From a virus, in the IMG/VR virus record IMGVR_UViG_3300032087_002755: DNA of 64,000 nucleotides; one strand, 5' to 3'. The position numbers and the translations under genes were made by a program. Position 1 is the stretch's first letter. Each line of letters opens with the position of its first letter. This document shows, in pieces, positions 39,363 through 50,137 of this stretch. A model generated the notes under the pieces. The model was not told where the DNA came from. It searched no databases and worked only from the letters and a program-made list of their open reading frames with translations.

Positions 39363-39901
39363 TGGATAAAGTAGACGCAAGATACAGAACGTTTAAAGAG
39401 AAACTTAAGAAACTCGGATACGTTAAAACAGACGCAAAAAAAGTCAATGCAGTCATGGAAAAGATTGGTGACTTTGGAATGATGTCAGACGCAGGTAATA
39501 AGAAGATTGCACGTGCAGTATCACAAGCAAAGAACGAGAAAGATTTAAAAGACAAGTTAGATAAAATATCTACAATGGCAAAAGGTAAGTATGCAGAAGC
39601 TGAAGAAGACGAGGTGTATCAAAGAGCATTAGATGCATTTCAATCTAAAGCAAAAGGGGTTCAGAATAGACCCGACGCTGCAATGCTAATGCAATTACGT
39701 AAGTTCAAAGACGGAACCAAGGACGGTGAAGTCAGAACAGACGATATGAAGAAAATTAAGGTAAAAAACTCCGATGCGGTGAAAGTTCATGACGTTTTAA
39801 TGAAGCTTAAGACACCCCTTCGGTCTAAATACCTACAGTTATTACAAAAAGACAAAAAGTCTTTTGATAAGGCATTTAAAGCAATCTTAAGGGTTGCATA
39901 A
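39362..39901 (+). CDS. Late hypothetical protein
   Basis: VDARYRTFKE..KLGY. Confidence 0.6.
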   Translation: MDKVDARYRTFKEKLKKLGYVKTDAKKVNAVMEKIGDFGMMSDAGNKKIARAVSQAKNEKDLKDKLDKISTMAKGKYAEAEEDEVYQRALDAFQSKAKGVQNRPDAAMLMQLRKFKDGTKDGEVRTDDMKKIKVKNSDAVKVHDVLMKLKTPLRSKYLQLLQKDKKSFDKAFKAILRVA

Positions 39902-39915
39902 TATAGGAGAAGAAA

Positions 39916-40200
39916 ATGGCACTTTGGGGATTATTAGACAACGAAGCTTCTAAACCAAAATATCTTAACACTGCTGATAAAGCAGAATGTTACGGTGCTG
40001 ATACAGCTGAGGTCGGTGCGACTGCTGGTGTAAATTCTGAAGGTTGGGTATTAAGAAAAGTAGTAGGGTCAAGAACTCAATTTGAAACATTGGTTGCAAT
40101 GTCTTCAGGTTCAATGGGTGCTGACGTTGCTGACTTTGATGACGACTCAGACGTGAATACACCTGATGTTGATGACGATACAGTATTATCAGATAGTTAA
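39916..40200 (+). CDS. Small virion-associated-like protein
   Basis: MALWG..GWV..RTQFETLVAM. Confidence 0.6.
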   Translation: MALWGLLDNEASKPKYLNTADKAECYGADTAEVGATAGVNSEGWVLRKVVGSRTQFETLVAMSSGSMGADVADFDDDSDVNTPDVDDDTVLSDS

Positions 40201-40213
40201 TAGAGGATAAATT

Positions 40214-40654
40214 ATGAAAACATTTAAAAACTTTATCTTGGAAGACGGTGGAAGTCAGATTCCAACAGACGGTCTTGGACTTTTTGCAAGTTCAGCTGGA
40301 CTCAGTTCAGAAAAGGTACCACATGATATAGACGATGCAGACGTTAAAGCTAAGGTTAATGCAATCTTAGGTCAAGCTGCAGTGTCAGAATGGTTAAATC
40401 CAAAAGCCTGTGTTGCACAAATGGAAGCAAAACTTTCTCTATTAGGACTAAACAAAACAGGTGAATCAGACATAGAATTCACTGAAGGTAATGGTTCTTT
40501 CGACATTCAATTCAACAGATATGGTGTTGTAACTGGTAAAACAGTTGATACACCTCATGACGAATTTGAAAGAGAAGAAAAAATCGTATCACTTAACGTG
40601 AAATACGAACAGAACGAAAACGGAACATATAAAGTTATCGGTTCTTTAGTTTAA
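40214..40654 (+). CDS. Probable head-internal protein
   Basis: N-terminus MKTFKNFILE matches T4 capsid-targeting pattern. Confidence 0.6.
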   Translation: MKTFKNFILEDGGSQIPTDGLGLFASSAGLSSEKVPHDIDDADVKAKVNAILGQAAVSEWLNPKACVAQMEAKLSLLGLNKTGESDIEFTEGNGSFDIQFNRYGVVTGKTVDTPHDEFEREEKIVSLNVKYEQNENGTYKVIGSLV

Positions 40655-40658
40655 AGTA

Positions 40659-40676
40659 GTGTCCCTTCGGGGACAC
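40659..40676 (+). other. C(UUCG)G tetraloop hairpin
   Basis: GTGTCCC-TTCG-GGGACAC, no U tract. Confidence 0.65.
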
Positions 40677-40693
40677 CTACATACTATTACATT

Positions 40694-41065
40694 ATGAGTC
40701 TATTTGACAAAATCACAGCAAAAAACTTTACGGCATATGCAATGAAGCACTATGACGACCCTCAATGTGAAGACATAGAGGATTTTCAAGAAGACCTTCG
40801 CAGATTCAGATACCTTAAAAGATTATTACATAGATACCATGAAAATGGTGAATTACGTGAGCGTTTAATGCTGAATCACCTCATATGTATCTTTAATGTC
40901 TTTGGATATGACGCTTGCATGAGAATGTTAGAGTTCAAAATCAAAGATAACAACTACTGGTCTTCTATAAAAACTATGTTATTATTCCTAGGATACATAG
41001 AAGAAGGTTGGAAAACTGAAATTCAAATTGACGAAAAGTTAGCAGAACGGTTAAGAGACCTTTAA
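40694..41065 (+). CDS. Conserved hypothetical protein of T4-like marine phages
   Basis: YAMKHYDDPQC..FQEDLRRFRYLKRLL..RLMLNH. Confidence 0.7.
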   Translation: MSLFDKITAKNFTAYAMKHYDDPQCEDIEDFQEDLRRFRYLKRLLHRYHENGELRERLMLNHLICIFNVFGYDACMRMLEFKIKDNNYWSSIKTMLLFLGYIEEGWKTEIQIDEKLAERLRDL

Positions 41066-41084
41066 AAATACCTAAATAGATTAT

Positions 41085-41675
41085 ATGCGTATAGTCGACA
41101 CACTCATAGTATTCCGAATTCTTAAGATGTTAACCACACCTTGGAATAAAATGCAGGCTTTTAAGTTTGGTTTTATTGACATGAACGGAAACAGAATCAA
41201 AGAAATTGAGGACGAGAACGGGAAAATGGTTAAAAATGAACCAGTCACAAAAAAAGAAAAGTCTTCCCTCACTCCTCTACATAGATTGGTATTCAATCTT
41301 AAAAAAATAATCAACAAAGTTCCATTCGGTAAAACTCAATTTGCATCATATGTCACTGCACTTTTATTACTTAAAGAAGAATGTGATTTAGACAATGAAC
41401 AAGCAGAAGAGTTATACGAGAAGTTCTACAGATTCCTAAAAGACGAAGATTTATTACAACCCGAAATGATTACAGAAACAATCAATGTCGGTAGATTAGA
41501 ATTGGGAGAAACATATAATATTAGATTCCCACTCAAACAGCAAGGTGATATAATACACCAACATAGAGACCAAGTCCTTGTTCACTCTGAATACGAAAAG
41601 ATATATGGTATTCAAACATACATTGGATTTGTTAACGAAGAGAGAGTCATATTGACTGCAGATGATGTTTATTGA
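41085..41675 (+). CDS. Conserved hypothetical late protein
   Basis: FRILKMLTTPW..AFKFGFID..TPLHRLVFNLK. Confidence 0.7.
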   Translation: MRIVDTLIVFRILKMLTTPWNKMQAFKFGFIDMNGNRIKEIEDENGKMVKNEPVTKKEKSSLTPLHRLVFNLKKIINKVPFGKTQFASYVTALLLLKEECDLDNEQAEELYEKFYRFLKDEDLLQPEMITETINVGRLELGETYNIRFPLKQQGDIIHQHRDQVLVHSEYEKIYGIQTYIGFVNEERVILTADDVY

Positions 41676-42426
41676 ATCGATACAAGAAATAGATAACCTT
41701 ACCTTTGGTCAACAAAAGGACTTAAAGAAACCCAAGTATAAGACACTTACACTATGGGACGAAGGTTGGGAAACCATAATGTTGGGTGCATATCCCAAAG
41801 GTTCTAAAGTCGTAGAAGAACTTAAAGAAGTTCAGAGATTGGTAAAAGGTGCAACAGACGAACAGAAACAACAATATATCAATTGTGACGAAGACGGTGC
41901 ATACTATATCAAACAATACATGGACGACCATGACTTAGAATACAGTCAAGACACTATAGATTTTATTAGAAAACAGTGTAGTCCAGTAATCAAACACCAC
42001 AAAAACCATTTCAATCGTGCAAGACCATATCAAGTTGCAGAACATTTAGGAATGGAATTTGAGAGATTTAATACTGATACAAGTGAAACACCTTCATACC
42101 CTAGTGGACATACAACACAACCTTTAGTGGTTGCATTGTATTACAGTAAAATGTATCCACAACACCAAGCGGGTCTTATGAACGGTGCAAAGATTAGTGG
42201 ATTCGGTAGAGTCATAGCAGGATTGCATTATCCTTCAGACTATGAAGCTGGTGCAAAACTCGGTAGAGAACTATTTGAGTTTATGAAAGTAGAAGAAATA
42301 AAAGAAGATGCACCAATGAATTCTACAGGAGGTGCAATTAGTATGCCTCCAACAATGCAAAAAAAGAAAAGAGATAAGAGATACGATACAGATAACATGT
42401 ATAAACTCTTACGTAGATACATTTAA
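41662..42426 (+). CDS. PAP2/acid phosphatase-haloperoxidase family protein
   Basis: KxxFNRARP, PSYPSGH, RVIAGLHYPSD. Confidence 0.85.
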   Translation: MMFIESIQEIDNLTFGQQKDLKKPKYKTLTLWDEGWETIMLGAYPKGSKVVEELKEVQRLVKGATDEQKQQYINCDEDGAYYIKQYMDDHDLEYSQDTIDFIRKQCSPVIKHHKNHFNRARPYQVAEHLGMEFERFNTDTSETPSYPSGHTTQPLVVALYYSKMYPQHQAGLMNGAKISGFGRVIAGLHYPSDYEAGAKLGRELFEFMKVEEIKEDAPMNSTGGAISMPPTMQKKKRDKRYDTDNMYKLLRRYI

Positions 42427-42429
42427 GTT

Positions 42430-43587
42430 ATGAAATTTTTGAATTACCTAGCCCTTATTACGTCCATTGGAATTGCAACCATAGCTGCATATTTCAGTGT
42501 TCTTGGGCTTGCAACCATATTCAGTGGTGCATTCTTAGGTATTGTCATTATGGCAGGTGCATTAGAATTTGGTAAGATTGTCAGTGCGGCTTACCTACAC
42601 ATGTTTTGGGAGAAGTTAAATTACTTCAAGTATTATTTGGTAGTAAGTGTTATAGTGTTAATGTTAATCACCTCACTCGGGATTTTTGGATATCTTGCAA
42701 AAGCAAGTTCAGACACCTCATATGCAACTGAATTTGCACAACAGGAAATCAATCAAATAGACGGAAAAATAGGTAGAGAAGAGAACAGAATTGCACTAAT
42801 TGAAGAGAGAATCAGTGGATTAAACTCGGGTGGACTAGACGTATCAGACTCAGTCAATGCACAAATAGAGATAAGAGACGGTGCATGGGATAGAGTTCAA
42901 GGGGATATAGACTTTGCACAAGGTCAAATCGACAATTTAAGGTCTGAATTGAAGTCGCTTGACACTTCGGTATCAGAACTCAGAAACAGGGGTGTAGAGA
43001 CGATTACAGTGGACGAGGGGGTGTTTAATGACGAGGTTAGAGTCATTGATTATGTTGCACAAGCAGAGGAATTATATACTTCTCAACAACCCCAAAGAGA
43101 ACAAATCCGTGCAGATATTAAAGAACAACAGGGTAACATAGACAAGTATAGAGACCAAGCTCAGAACACTATAGACACTGCAAATACAGAAATCAGTAGA
43201 CTCCAAACTCTATCAAATGGAAATGCAGACGAAAAACTAGAAGAAATTGAAGAATACAATAGACAGATTGACACTATCTATGATACAATACAAGAGTTAA
43301 GAGAGGAAAAGTTTCCTTTCGAACAGGAAATACTCGGTTTTGAACGAGAAGTAGGGCCGATACAGTACATTGCAGAGGTTATATACGGACAAGAAGAGTC
43401 TGTCAAGTACCTTGACAATGCAATTAGATGGGTGATTTTTGCACTTATCTTTGTGTTTGACCCACTTGCAGTGTTACTATTGATTACAAGTATTGCACTT
43501 ATATCTAATCCGAGTGGAAAGACACCACGAGTATTAAAAATTTTAGATAGACCCACGGTCATAAGAGTACCAAAAAGGACTAAATAA
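42430..43587 (+). CDS. Membrane protein with long coiled coil
   Basis: Three N-terminal TMs, coiled coil, EVGPIQY..FVFDPLAV. Confidence 0.75.
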   Translation: MKFLNYLALITSIGIATIAAYFSVLGLATIFSGAFLGIVIMAGALEFGKIVSAAYLHMFWEKLNYFKYYLVVSVIVLMLITSLGIFGYLAKASSDTSYATEFAQQEINQIDGKIGREENRIALIEERISGLNSGGLDVSDSVNAQIEIRDGAWDRVQGDIDFAQGQIDNLRSELKSLDTSVSELRNRGVETITVDEGVFNDEVRVIDYVAQAEELYTSQQPQREQIRADIKEQQGNIDKYRDQAQNTIDTANTEISRLQTLSNGNADEKLEEIEEYNRQIDTIYDTIQELREEKFPFEQEILGFEREVGPIQYIAEVIYGQEESVKYLDNAIRWVIFALIFVFDPLAVLLLITSIALISNPSGKTPRVLKILDRPTVIRVPKRTK

Positions 43588-43603
43588 ATCATTAGGAGAT
43601 ATT

Positions 43604-43780
43604 ATGTCAGAACGAGAAGAATTTACAGGAACACTTGAGGAACTTAAAGAGTTTCTTCAAGCTGAATATGCAAAAGTAAATAGAGAAACTACACCAGCTT
43701 CTAAACTTGCAGAAGTTGATGCGTCTTATAATGCAAACATGGCTTTATTACAATCACAAATTGACGAACAGAACAGTTAA
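43604..43780 (+). CDS. Small hypothetical protein (58 aa, not in ORF track)
   Basis: AGGAG SD; similar to next ORF (ASY motif). Confidence 0.55.
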   Translation: MSEREEFTGTLEELKEFLQAEYAKVNRETTPASKLAEVDASYNANMALLQSQIDEQNS

Positions 43781-43818
43781 TACCATAAATAAAAGGTTAA
43801 ATTTAACAGGAGATTAAC

Positions 43819-44016
43819 ATGTCAGAAGAAGATAAAGGTACCTTTTCTGCTGCTCAAGCTAAAGCTGCAATCGAAGCCGACGCACCCGTTGCACCAGCTG
43901 CCGACCTAACAGGAGAAGCATTAACACTTGCACAAGCAAGTTATGACGCTTCTATGGTTACTCATAACGAGAAACTTGCAGAATTACAAGCAATCATTGA
44001 CGCAACAGTAGAATAA
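43819..44016 (+). CDS. Small hypothetical protein
   Basis: AGGAG SD; CATAAATA upstream. Confidence 0.6.
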   Translation: MSEEDKGTFSAAQAKAAIEADAPVAPAADLTGEALTLAQASYDASMVTHNEKLAELQAIIDATVE

Positions 44017-44057
44017 ACCCACTTGTATTTTCTCTCTTTTTATAGTATAATTAATGT

Positions 44058-45083
44058 ATGCTATGGTTAGAGAGAAAATATCTTTCCCGTATTGTTTCAC
44101 TCGTTGAACTAGGGAAATGGAAGAACGACAATACACTGAATCATCGGTGTTTATATTGTGGTGATTCCCAAAAGAATCAGTTTAAAGCTCGTGGATTCCA
44201 CTTTACAGTGGGTCAGAGTTTTGTCTACAAATGTCACAATTGTGGTCATTCGACCTCTTCAGTTAATTTTATCAAAGACCACTTTCCAGTTATTCATAAA
44301 GAATATCTAAAAGAGTGGTTGAAAGAAAAGGGTGTAAAACCTAAAAACCAAAAAATGTTGAGTGCAAACGAATTCAAGTTCACTCCAAATGAAGAATTAC
44401 TAAATATGAAGAAAGTCGATTTGAGTGCAGTAGCCTTTAAGGTAACCGACAAGGTGATTGCACAAGAATTTGTTGATTCTCGACAGATTCCTAAAGAACG
44501 ACAAGAAGAACTTTGGTTCACACCTCAGGCACAAACCTTACATTTATTATCCAATAAGTATAAGGACAGAGTTTTGGGGAATGACCCAAGAATAATATTA
44601 CCGTTCATAAGAGAGGACGGGGAACTGGTTGGTATCACGGGTCGTGCGATAAACGATTCACCTCTTAGATACCTAACCATGAGATTCCTAGATGATGTTC
44701 CACTCATCTATAATATACAAAACGTGGACAAAACAAAAACTATCTATGTGACTGAGGGGCCGATAGACAGTTTATTCCTACCTAATAGTATAGCAGTCGG
44801 TGGTAGTGATTTCAAAAAAATAGATGACTCGTTAAAGGACAATGCAATAATCATTTATGACAACGAACCACGAAACAAAGAAATAATTAAAAAGATTGAA
44901 GAGGTCATAGACCTTGGATATAACGTGTGTATTTGGAATGAAAGAAGAGTGAGTGAATTTAAAGATATTAATGATATGGTTCTTGGTGGTTTAACACAAG
45001 AAGAAATTGTAGAAATTATAAATTCTAATACTTACAGTGGTCTCTCAGCAAAAGCAAAATTACAGGAGTATAAGAAGATATGA
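44058..45083 (+). CDS. 61: DNA primase
   Basis: CLYCGDS..CHNC zinc finger; TOPRIM EGPIDS, YDNE, KDINDM. Confidence 0.93.
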   Translation: MLWLERKYLSRIVSLVELGKWKNDNTLNHRCLYCGDSQKNQFKARGFHFTVGQSFVYKCHNCGHSTSSVNFIKDHFPVIHKEYLKEWLKEKGVKPKNQKMLSANEFKFTPNEELLNMKKVDLSAVAFKVTDKVIAQEFVDSRQIPKERQEELWFTPQAQTLHLLSNKYKDRVLGNDPRIILPFIREDGELVGITGRAINDSPLRYLTMRFLDDVPLIYNIQNVDKTKTIYVTEGPIDSLFLPNSIAVGGSDFKKIDDSLKDNAIIIYDNEPRNKEIIKKIEEVIDLGYNVCIWNERRVSEFKDINDMVLGGLTQEEIVEIINSNTYSGLSAKAKLQEYKKI

Positions 45084-47398
45084 ATTCAGACATAAGAGTA
45101 TTGAAGTCAGACGGGTCGAAGGTAGAAATCAATTTAGATAAAATCCACAAAATGGTACACAAAGCATGTAAGAAGATTACAGGTGTATCAGAGTCATTAG
45201 TAGAAATGAATAGTGGATTACAATTCTATGACGGGATAACCACAAAGGACATACAAAAGATTCTAGTAAAATCTGCAAGTGATTTGATTTCACTTGAAAA
45301 TCCTAACTACCAATTTGTTGCAGCTAGATTATTACTCTTTGGAGTTCAGAAACAAGTATTCAACACCAAGTGGAAAGACTCAGAAATCTATCCACCACTC
45401 AAAGACATTATTCAACGAAACATTGACATAGGAGTATATGACGATGACATTCTAAAATGGTATAAAGAAGAAGAGTTAGACCAATTAGACAAATATATCA
45501 AACACTCACGTGACCTTACCTTTACCTATGCTGGACTACAACAGATTGTAGACAAATATCTAGTGCAAGATAGGAAGAGTGGAATGGTATATGAAACACC
45601 ACAATTCATGTATATGTTAATTGCTATGACTTTATTTAAAAAGTATAGTGGTGAACTAGGAGACAAATTAGAGTATGTCAAAAAATACTATGACGCGATT
45701 TCACAATTTAAAATCAATATCCCAACCCCCATCATGGCTGGAGTTAGAACTCCTTTACGACAATTTGCATCGTGTGTCCTTGTCGATTCAGACGACACTC
45801 TCGACAGTATCTTCGCAAGTGATATGGCGATTGGAAAATATGTTGCACAAAGAGCTGGTATCGGAATTAACGCAGGAAGAATTAGAGGACTTGGTTCTAG
45901 AATTAGAGGAGGTGAAGTCCAACATACGGGAGCTATCCCATTCCTTAAAAAATTTGAGTCAACTGTTAGATGTTGCACCCAAAACGGGGTAAGAGGTGGA
46001 AGTGCAACAGTGCATTTTCCAATATGGCACCAAGAGATTGGAGACATATTAGTATTAAAGAACAACAAAGGTACTGAAGATAATAGAGTTAGAAAACTAG
46101 ATTATTCAATTCAGTTATCAGAATTATTTTATAAAAGATTTCTTGCAAATGAAGATATCACACTATTCTCACCACATGACGTGGAAGGGTTATATGAAGC
46201 ATTCGGTACACCCGACTTTGACGAACTCTATGAGAAATATGAACGTGCAACTTCTATTCCTAAAAAGAAAGTAAGTGCAAGAGAACTATTTACCAGTCTT
46301 CTAAAAGAACGTGCAGAGACAGGTAGAATTTATATTATGAACATTGACCATTGTAACTCACATAGTTCATTCTTAGATAAGGTGAACATGAGTAATCTAT
46401 GTCAAGAAATTACTCTTCCTACAGACCCAATCCAACATATAGACGGACATGGGGAAATTGCACTTTGTATTTTAAGTGCAATCAATGTAGGAATTGTAAA
46501 AGAAGAGGAGTTGGAATCTCTTTGTGATTTATCAGTGAGAGGACTTGAAGAACTGATAGATTTCCAAGAATATCCAGTTGTAGCAGCTGAACAGTCAACC
46601 ATTGCAAGACGTTCCCTAGGAATAGGTTATATAGGACTAGCACATTACCTTGCAAAGAATAAAGTTCAGTATGGTGATTCAGATGCATTAAAACTGGTTC
46701 ACGACTTAACAGAGAGATTCCAATACTACCTTCTTAAATCGTCAAACAATCTTGCACGAATCAATGGTGCATGTATAGACTTTAACAGAACAAAATACAG
46801 TCAAGGATTATTACCCATTGACCACTATAAGAAAGACGTAGACGAATTGGTTCCAAACAATCTTAACATGGATTGGGACAAACTAAGAAAGGATATCAAA
46901 GAACATGGTCTTAGACACTCCACATTGACTGCACAAATGCCCTCTGAGAGTTCCTCAGTCGTCTCTAATGCAACGAATGGAATAGAACCACCTAGAGACC
47001 ACCTAAGTGTTAAGAAGAGTAAAAAAGGAACACTTAAACAGGTTGTTCCACAATATAGTATATTGAAGAATTTCTATACACTCTTATGGGACATGCCTGA
47101 TAATACAGGATATATCAATGTGGTTGCAGTTATGCAGAAATTCTTTGACCAAGCAATTAGTGGTAACTGGTCTTATAATCCCGAAAATTATGAAAACGGA
47201 GAAGTTCCAATATCAGTCATGGCAAGAGACATGTTGACCACATATAAATACGGGTGGAAAACAAGTTATTACCAAAATACCATGGACGGGAAAACAGAAG
47301 ACGTGGTTGGAGATATGCCAAGTGCAGTGGACGACGCTGCAAATGTAATGTCTCAATATGATGAGGGGGAAGAAGATTGTGAAGCATGTGCCATTTGA
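45080..47398 (+). CDS. nrdA: Class Ia ribonucleotide reductase alpha subunit
   Basis: ATP cone, QFASC, SNLCQEI, MPSESSS, C-terminal CEAC. Confidence 0.97.
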   Translation: MNSDIRVLKSDGSKVEINLDKIHKMVHKACKKITGVSESLVEMNSGLQFYDGITTKDIQKILVKSASDLISLENPNYQFVAARLLLFGVQKQVFNTKWKDSEIYPPLKDIIQRNIDIGVYDDDILKWYKEEELDQLDKYIKHSRDLTFTYAGLQQIVDKYLVQDRKSGMVYETPQFMYMLIAMTLFKKYSGELGDKLEYVKKYYDAISQFKINIPTPIMAGVRTPLRQFASCVLVDSDDTLDSIFASDMAIGKYVAQRAGIGINAGRIRGLGSRIRGGEVQHTGAIPFLKKFESTVRCCTQNGVRGGSATVHFPIWHQEIGDILVLKNNKGTEDNRVRKLDYSIQLSELFYKRFLANEDITLFSPHDVEGLYEAFGTPDFDELYEKYERATSIPKKKVSARELFTSLLKERAETGRIYIMNIDHCNSHSSFLDKVNMSNLCQEITLPTDPIQHIDGHGEIALCILSAINVGIVKEEELESLCDLSVRGLEELIDFQEYPVVAAEQSTIARRSLGIGYIGLAHYLAKNKVQYGDSDALKLVHDLTERFQYYLLKSSNNLARINGACIDFNRTKYSQGLLPIDHYKKDVDELVPNNLNMDWDKLRKDIKEHGLRHSTLTAQMPSESSSVVSNATNGIEPPRDHLSVKKSKKGTLKQVVPQYSILKNFYTLLWDMPDNTGYINVVAVMQKFFDQAISGNWSYNPENYENGEVPISVMARDMLTTYKYGWKTSYYQNTMDGKTEDVVGDMPSAVDDAANVMSQYDEGEEDCEACAI

Positions 47399-48377
47399 AG
47401 ATAGAACTGTAGAACTAGTAAAAAATGTCAAAACTCCCAGTGGTAAGAGAAAGTCATTATCTTTAAAAACAAACCAACTTACTGCAGATTTTATTAACAA
47501 CAGATATGTTGTACTCAGAGATTTTATAGACAAAGATATAATAACTTTTGCACTTGATTCATGGAAAACTGTAGAACACAATCCCGAATTATTAGATTTG
47601 ATTGCACGTGAAGAGAAACATGATATCACATATAAGTCACCAAAGGGTTCTATAGGAAAATCAAGAGGTGGATACTGTTCTCCATGGGGTGTTGCACTAA
47701 ATAGATACCTCAAAGACAAACTTAAAGGTGTTATTGACTTAGAGTTGGGTGAAACTTATTCATACACTAGAAAGTATGAGAGAGGTGCATATCTATCTGC
47801 ACATAGAGACAGACCAGCATGTGAAATATCTACAACAATATGTCTAGGATATAAAACAGACGATGGTAAACCTTGGAGAATATGGGTAGACAATTCTAGA
47901 AATTGGGTTGATACTGATGACCATGATTATCTACAGAGTGAAACTCAAAAGATACCAAACAGATTAAGAAAATCTGTTCCCATAGATTTAGAGGTTGGTG
48001 ACGTGTTACTTTACCAAGGCCCTAATGCAGCTCATTGGAGAGACCATTTAATTGGTGATTATAGTTATCATGTGTTTTGTCATTTTTATAATAGAGAAGG
48101 AAGAATGGCATTAGACCACCCAAAAAGTAAGTGGAGAGGATTTGATACAAATACTCATAGGACTCACTTTAAAGATGGTTATCAACCTGGCGGGGGAAGA
48201 TATACACCACCATGTGTTTTAGAATATGATGCTAGAGAAAGTAGATATCATATGGAAGAGTCTAGACCACAAGAATTGCAAGATGCATATGACCAATTTA
48301 GAGAGTCATATGAAAGTAGAGAGTTCGGCCCACCGTCTGAATTCTCAAATTTTTATGACATGGAAGATGATTTATGA
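47358..48377 (+). CDS. 2OG-Fe(II) oxygenase inserted between nrdA and nrdB
   Basis: HRDRPACEISTTICL, GDVLLYQG..HWR. Confidence 0.8.
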   Translation: MMRGKKIVKHVPFEDRTVELVKNVKTPSGKRKSLSLKTNQLTADFINNRYVVLRDFIDKDIITFALDSWKTVEHNPELLDLIAREEKHDITYKSPKGSIGKSRGGYCSPWGVALNRYLKDKLKGVIDLELGETYSYTRKYERGAYLSAHRDRPACEISTTICLGYKTDDGKPWRIWVDNSRNWVDTDDHDYLQSETQKIPNRLRKSVPIDLEVGDVLLYQGPNAAHWRDHLIGDYSYHVFCHFYNREGRMALDHPKSKWRGFDTNTHRTHFKDGYQPGGGRYTPPCVLEYDARESRYHMEESRPQELQDAYDQFRESYESREFGPPSEFSNFYDMEDDL

Positions 48378-49471
48378 CAGTATTTAATAAAAACAAAGTA
48401 GATTTCACAAAGAACAAGATTTTCTTTGGTGAAGAGTTAAACACTCAACGATTTGATGAGTTCAAATATCCAGTATTTGATAAACTCACTCAGACACAAT
48501 TAGGATTCTTTTGGAGACCCGAAGAAGTCTCTTTACAAAAAGACCGTGCTGATTATCAGAATCTTACTGAAGCACAAAAACACATTTTTACCTCTAATTT
48601 GAGGTATCAAACCTTACTCGACTCAGTTCAAGGTAGAGCTCCATCCATAGCATTTTTACCGTTTGTGACTTTGCCTGAACTTGAGTCTTGTATTATCACT
48701 TGGGACTTTATGGAGACAATCCATAGTAGAAGTTATACACATATCATTAAGAATGTGTATGCAAACCCAAGTGATATCTTTGACACTATACTAGACGAAG
48801 AAGCAATCGTAAAACGTGCAGAAATGGTCACTGAAAAGTATGACGAGTTCATTGCACTTGGTCGTAGAAGATTACTTGGTCTTAAAGTAGAGGATTACGA
48901 TTTATATAAAGCATTATACCTTGCACTTATATCAGTTAATATCTTAGAAGGAATCAGATTCTTTGTGTCCTTTGCATGTTCTTTTGCATTCGGTGAGTTG
49001 AAACAAATGGAAGGAAGTGCAAAAATCATATCTCTGATTGCAAGAGACGAATCACAACACCTTGCAATATCACAACACATACTTAAAGCCTATAAGAATC
49101 AAGAGAATGATAAGTTAATGAACAAAGTCATGAAGGATTGTGAACAGGAAGTGTACAAGTTATATGAGGATTCAGTAAATCAAGAAAAAGAATGGGCAGA
49201 GTTCCTATTCAAAGACGGGTCAATGATTGGACTAAGTGTTCCATTATTGAGTCAATATGTAGAATACATTGCAAACAAGAGATTACGTGCAATAGGTTTA
49301 AACCCTATATACGACATTTCAAGTGCAAATAACCCACTACCATGGACACAACACTGGTTCAACAGTAGAGGACTTCAGAATGCACCACAAGAGACGGAGA
49401 TTGAATCTTATCTCATTGGTGGTATTAAACAAGATGTCGATAACGACACATTCTCAGACTTTAAATTATAG
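48374..49471 (+). CDS. nrdB: Ribonucleotide reductase beta subunit
   Basis: FFWRPEE, LDSVQ, ETIHSRSY, EGIRF, RDESQH, APQETE. Confidence 0.97.
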   Translation: MTVFNKNKVDFTKNKIFFGEELNTQRFDEFKYPVFDKLTQTQLGFFWRPEEVSLQKDRADYQNLTEAQKHIFTSNLRYQTLLDSVQGRAPSIAFLPFVTLPELESCIITWDFMETIHSRSYTHIIKNVYANPSDIFDTILDEEAIVKRAEMVTEKYDEFIALGRRRLLGLKVEDYDLYKALYLALISVNILEGIRFFVSFACSFAFGELKQMEGSAKIISLIARDESQHLAISQHILKAYKNQENDKLMNKVMKDCEQEVYKLYEDSVNQEKEWAEFLFKDGSMIGLSVPLLSQYVEYIANKRLRAIGLNPIYDISSANNPLPWTQHWFNSRGLQNAPQETEIESYLIGGIKQDVDNDTFSDFKL

Positions 49472-49479
49472 GAGTAGAT

Positions 49480-49710
49480 ATGATTGAGATATATGGAAAA
49501 ACACAATGTCCATTTTGCGATAGAGCAAAAGCACTATGTGAACAAAAAGGAGTAGATTACGTCTATTATCAATTAGACGTGGATTTTGATAGGGAAAAAC
49601 TATTAGAACTATTTCCTACTGCAAGAACTTTTCCACAAATAAGAGAGAGAAAAATAGAAGCCAATTACGACTATATCGGAGGTTTCACTGAACTAGAAGC
49701 CTTGTTGTAA
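49480..49710 (+). CDS. nrdC: Glutaredoxin
   Basis: CPFC, TFPQI, IGGF. Confidence 0.9.
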   Translation: MIEIYGKTQCPFCDRAKALCEQKGVDYVYYQLDVDFDREKLLELFPTARTFPQIRERKIEANYDYIGGFTELEALL

Positions 49711-49976
49711 TGAAAAAGTATCGTTTGTATTTAAATCCACCTCACAAACAAACAGTATTGGATAGAAGGTGGGAACATTTATTTAAAAATATAGATAGAA
49801 TGTATCAAGAAGTCAGAGTATTGACTGCTGGATTAGATTTCTATCAACCCGAAGCAAAACACCCACTTCCGTATGCAACACTAGACGGTAAGAAAAAGAG
49901 TTTTGAGAACATATACAAACTTATAATGGTTCAGACGGGTAAAGCGGAAGACGACTATATTCCAAAGGAGGAATAA
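49710..49976 (+). CDS. Hypothetical protein
   Basis: Coupled ORF. Confidence 0.55.
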   Translation: MKKYRLYLNPPHKQTVLDRRWEHLFKNIDRMYQEVRVLTAGLDFYQPEAKHPLPYATLDGKKKSFENIYKLIMVQTGKAEDDYIPKEE

Positions 49977-50137
49977 TGGAATACGAAGTAGGATTTAGAC
50001 TATTTTGTCAAAATTGCAAATCAGAGTGTGAAGTGTATCACAACATGGATTCACACCAATACGAATTAGATTACTGCCCTTTTTGTGGTGCAGAAATAGA
50101 CGAAGACACTAGAGAAGAAATACACGAAGAGGAATAA
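49976..50137 (+). CDS. Small zinc-ribbon protein (53 aa, not in ORF track)
   Basis: CQNC...YCPFCG; GGAGG SD. Confidence 0.65.
   Translation: MEYEVGFRLFCQNCKSECEVYHNMDSHQYELDYCPFCGAEIDEDTREEIHEEE

Noticed and set aside
47358-48377. Intron or homing endonuclease between nrdA and nrdB
   Set aside because: Both nrd genes are intact and the insert has 2OG-oxygenase motifs, not nuclease motifs
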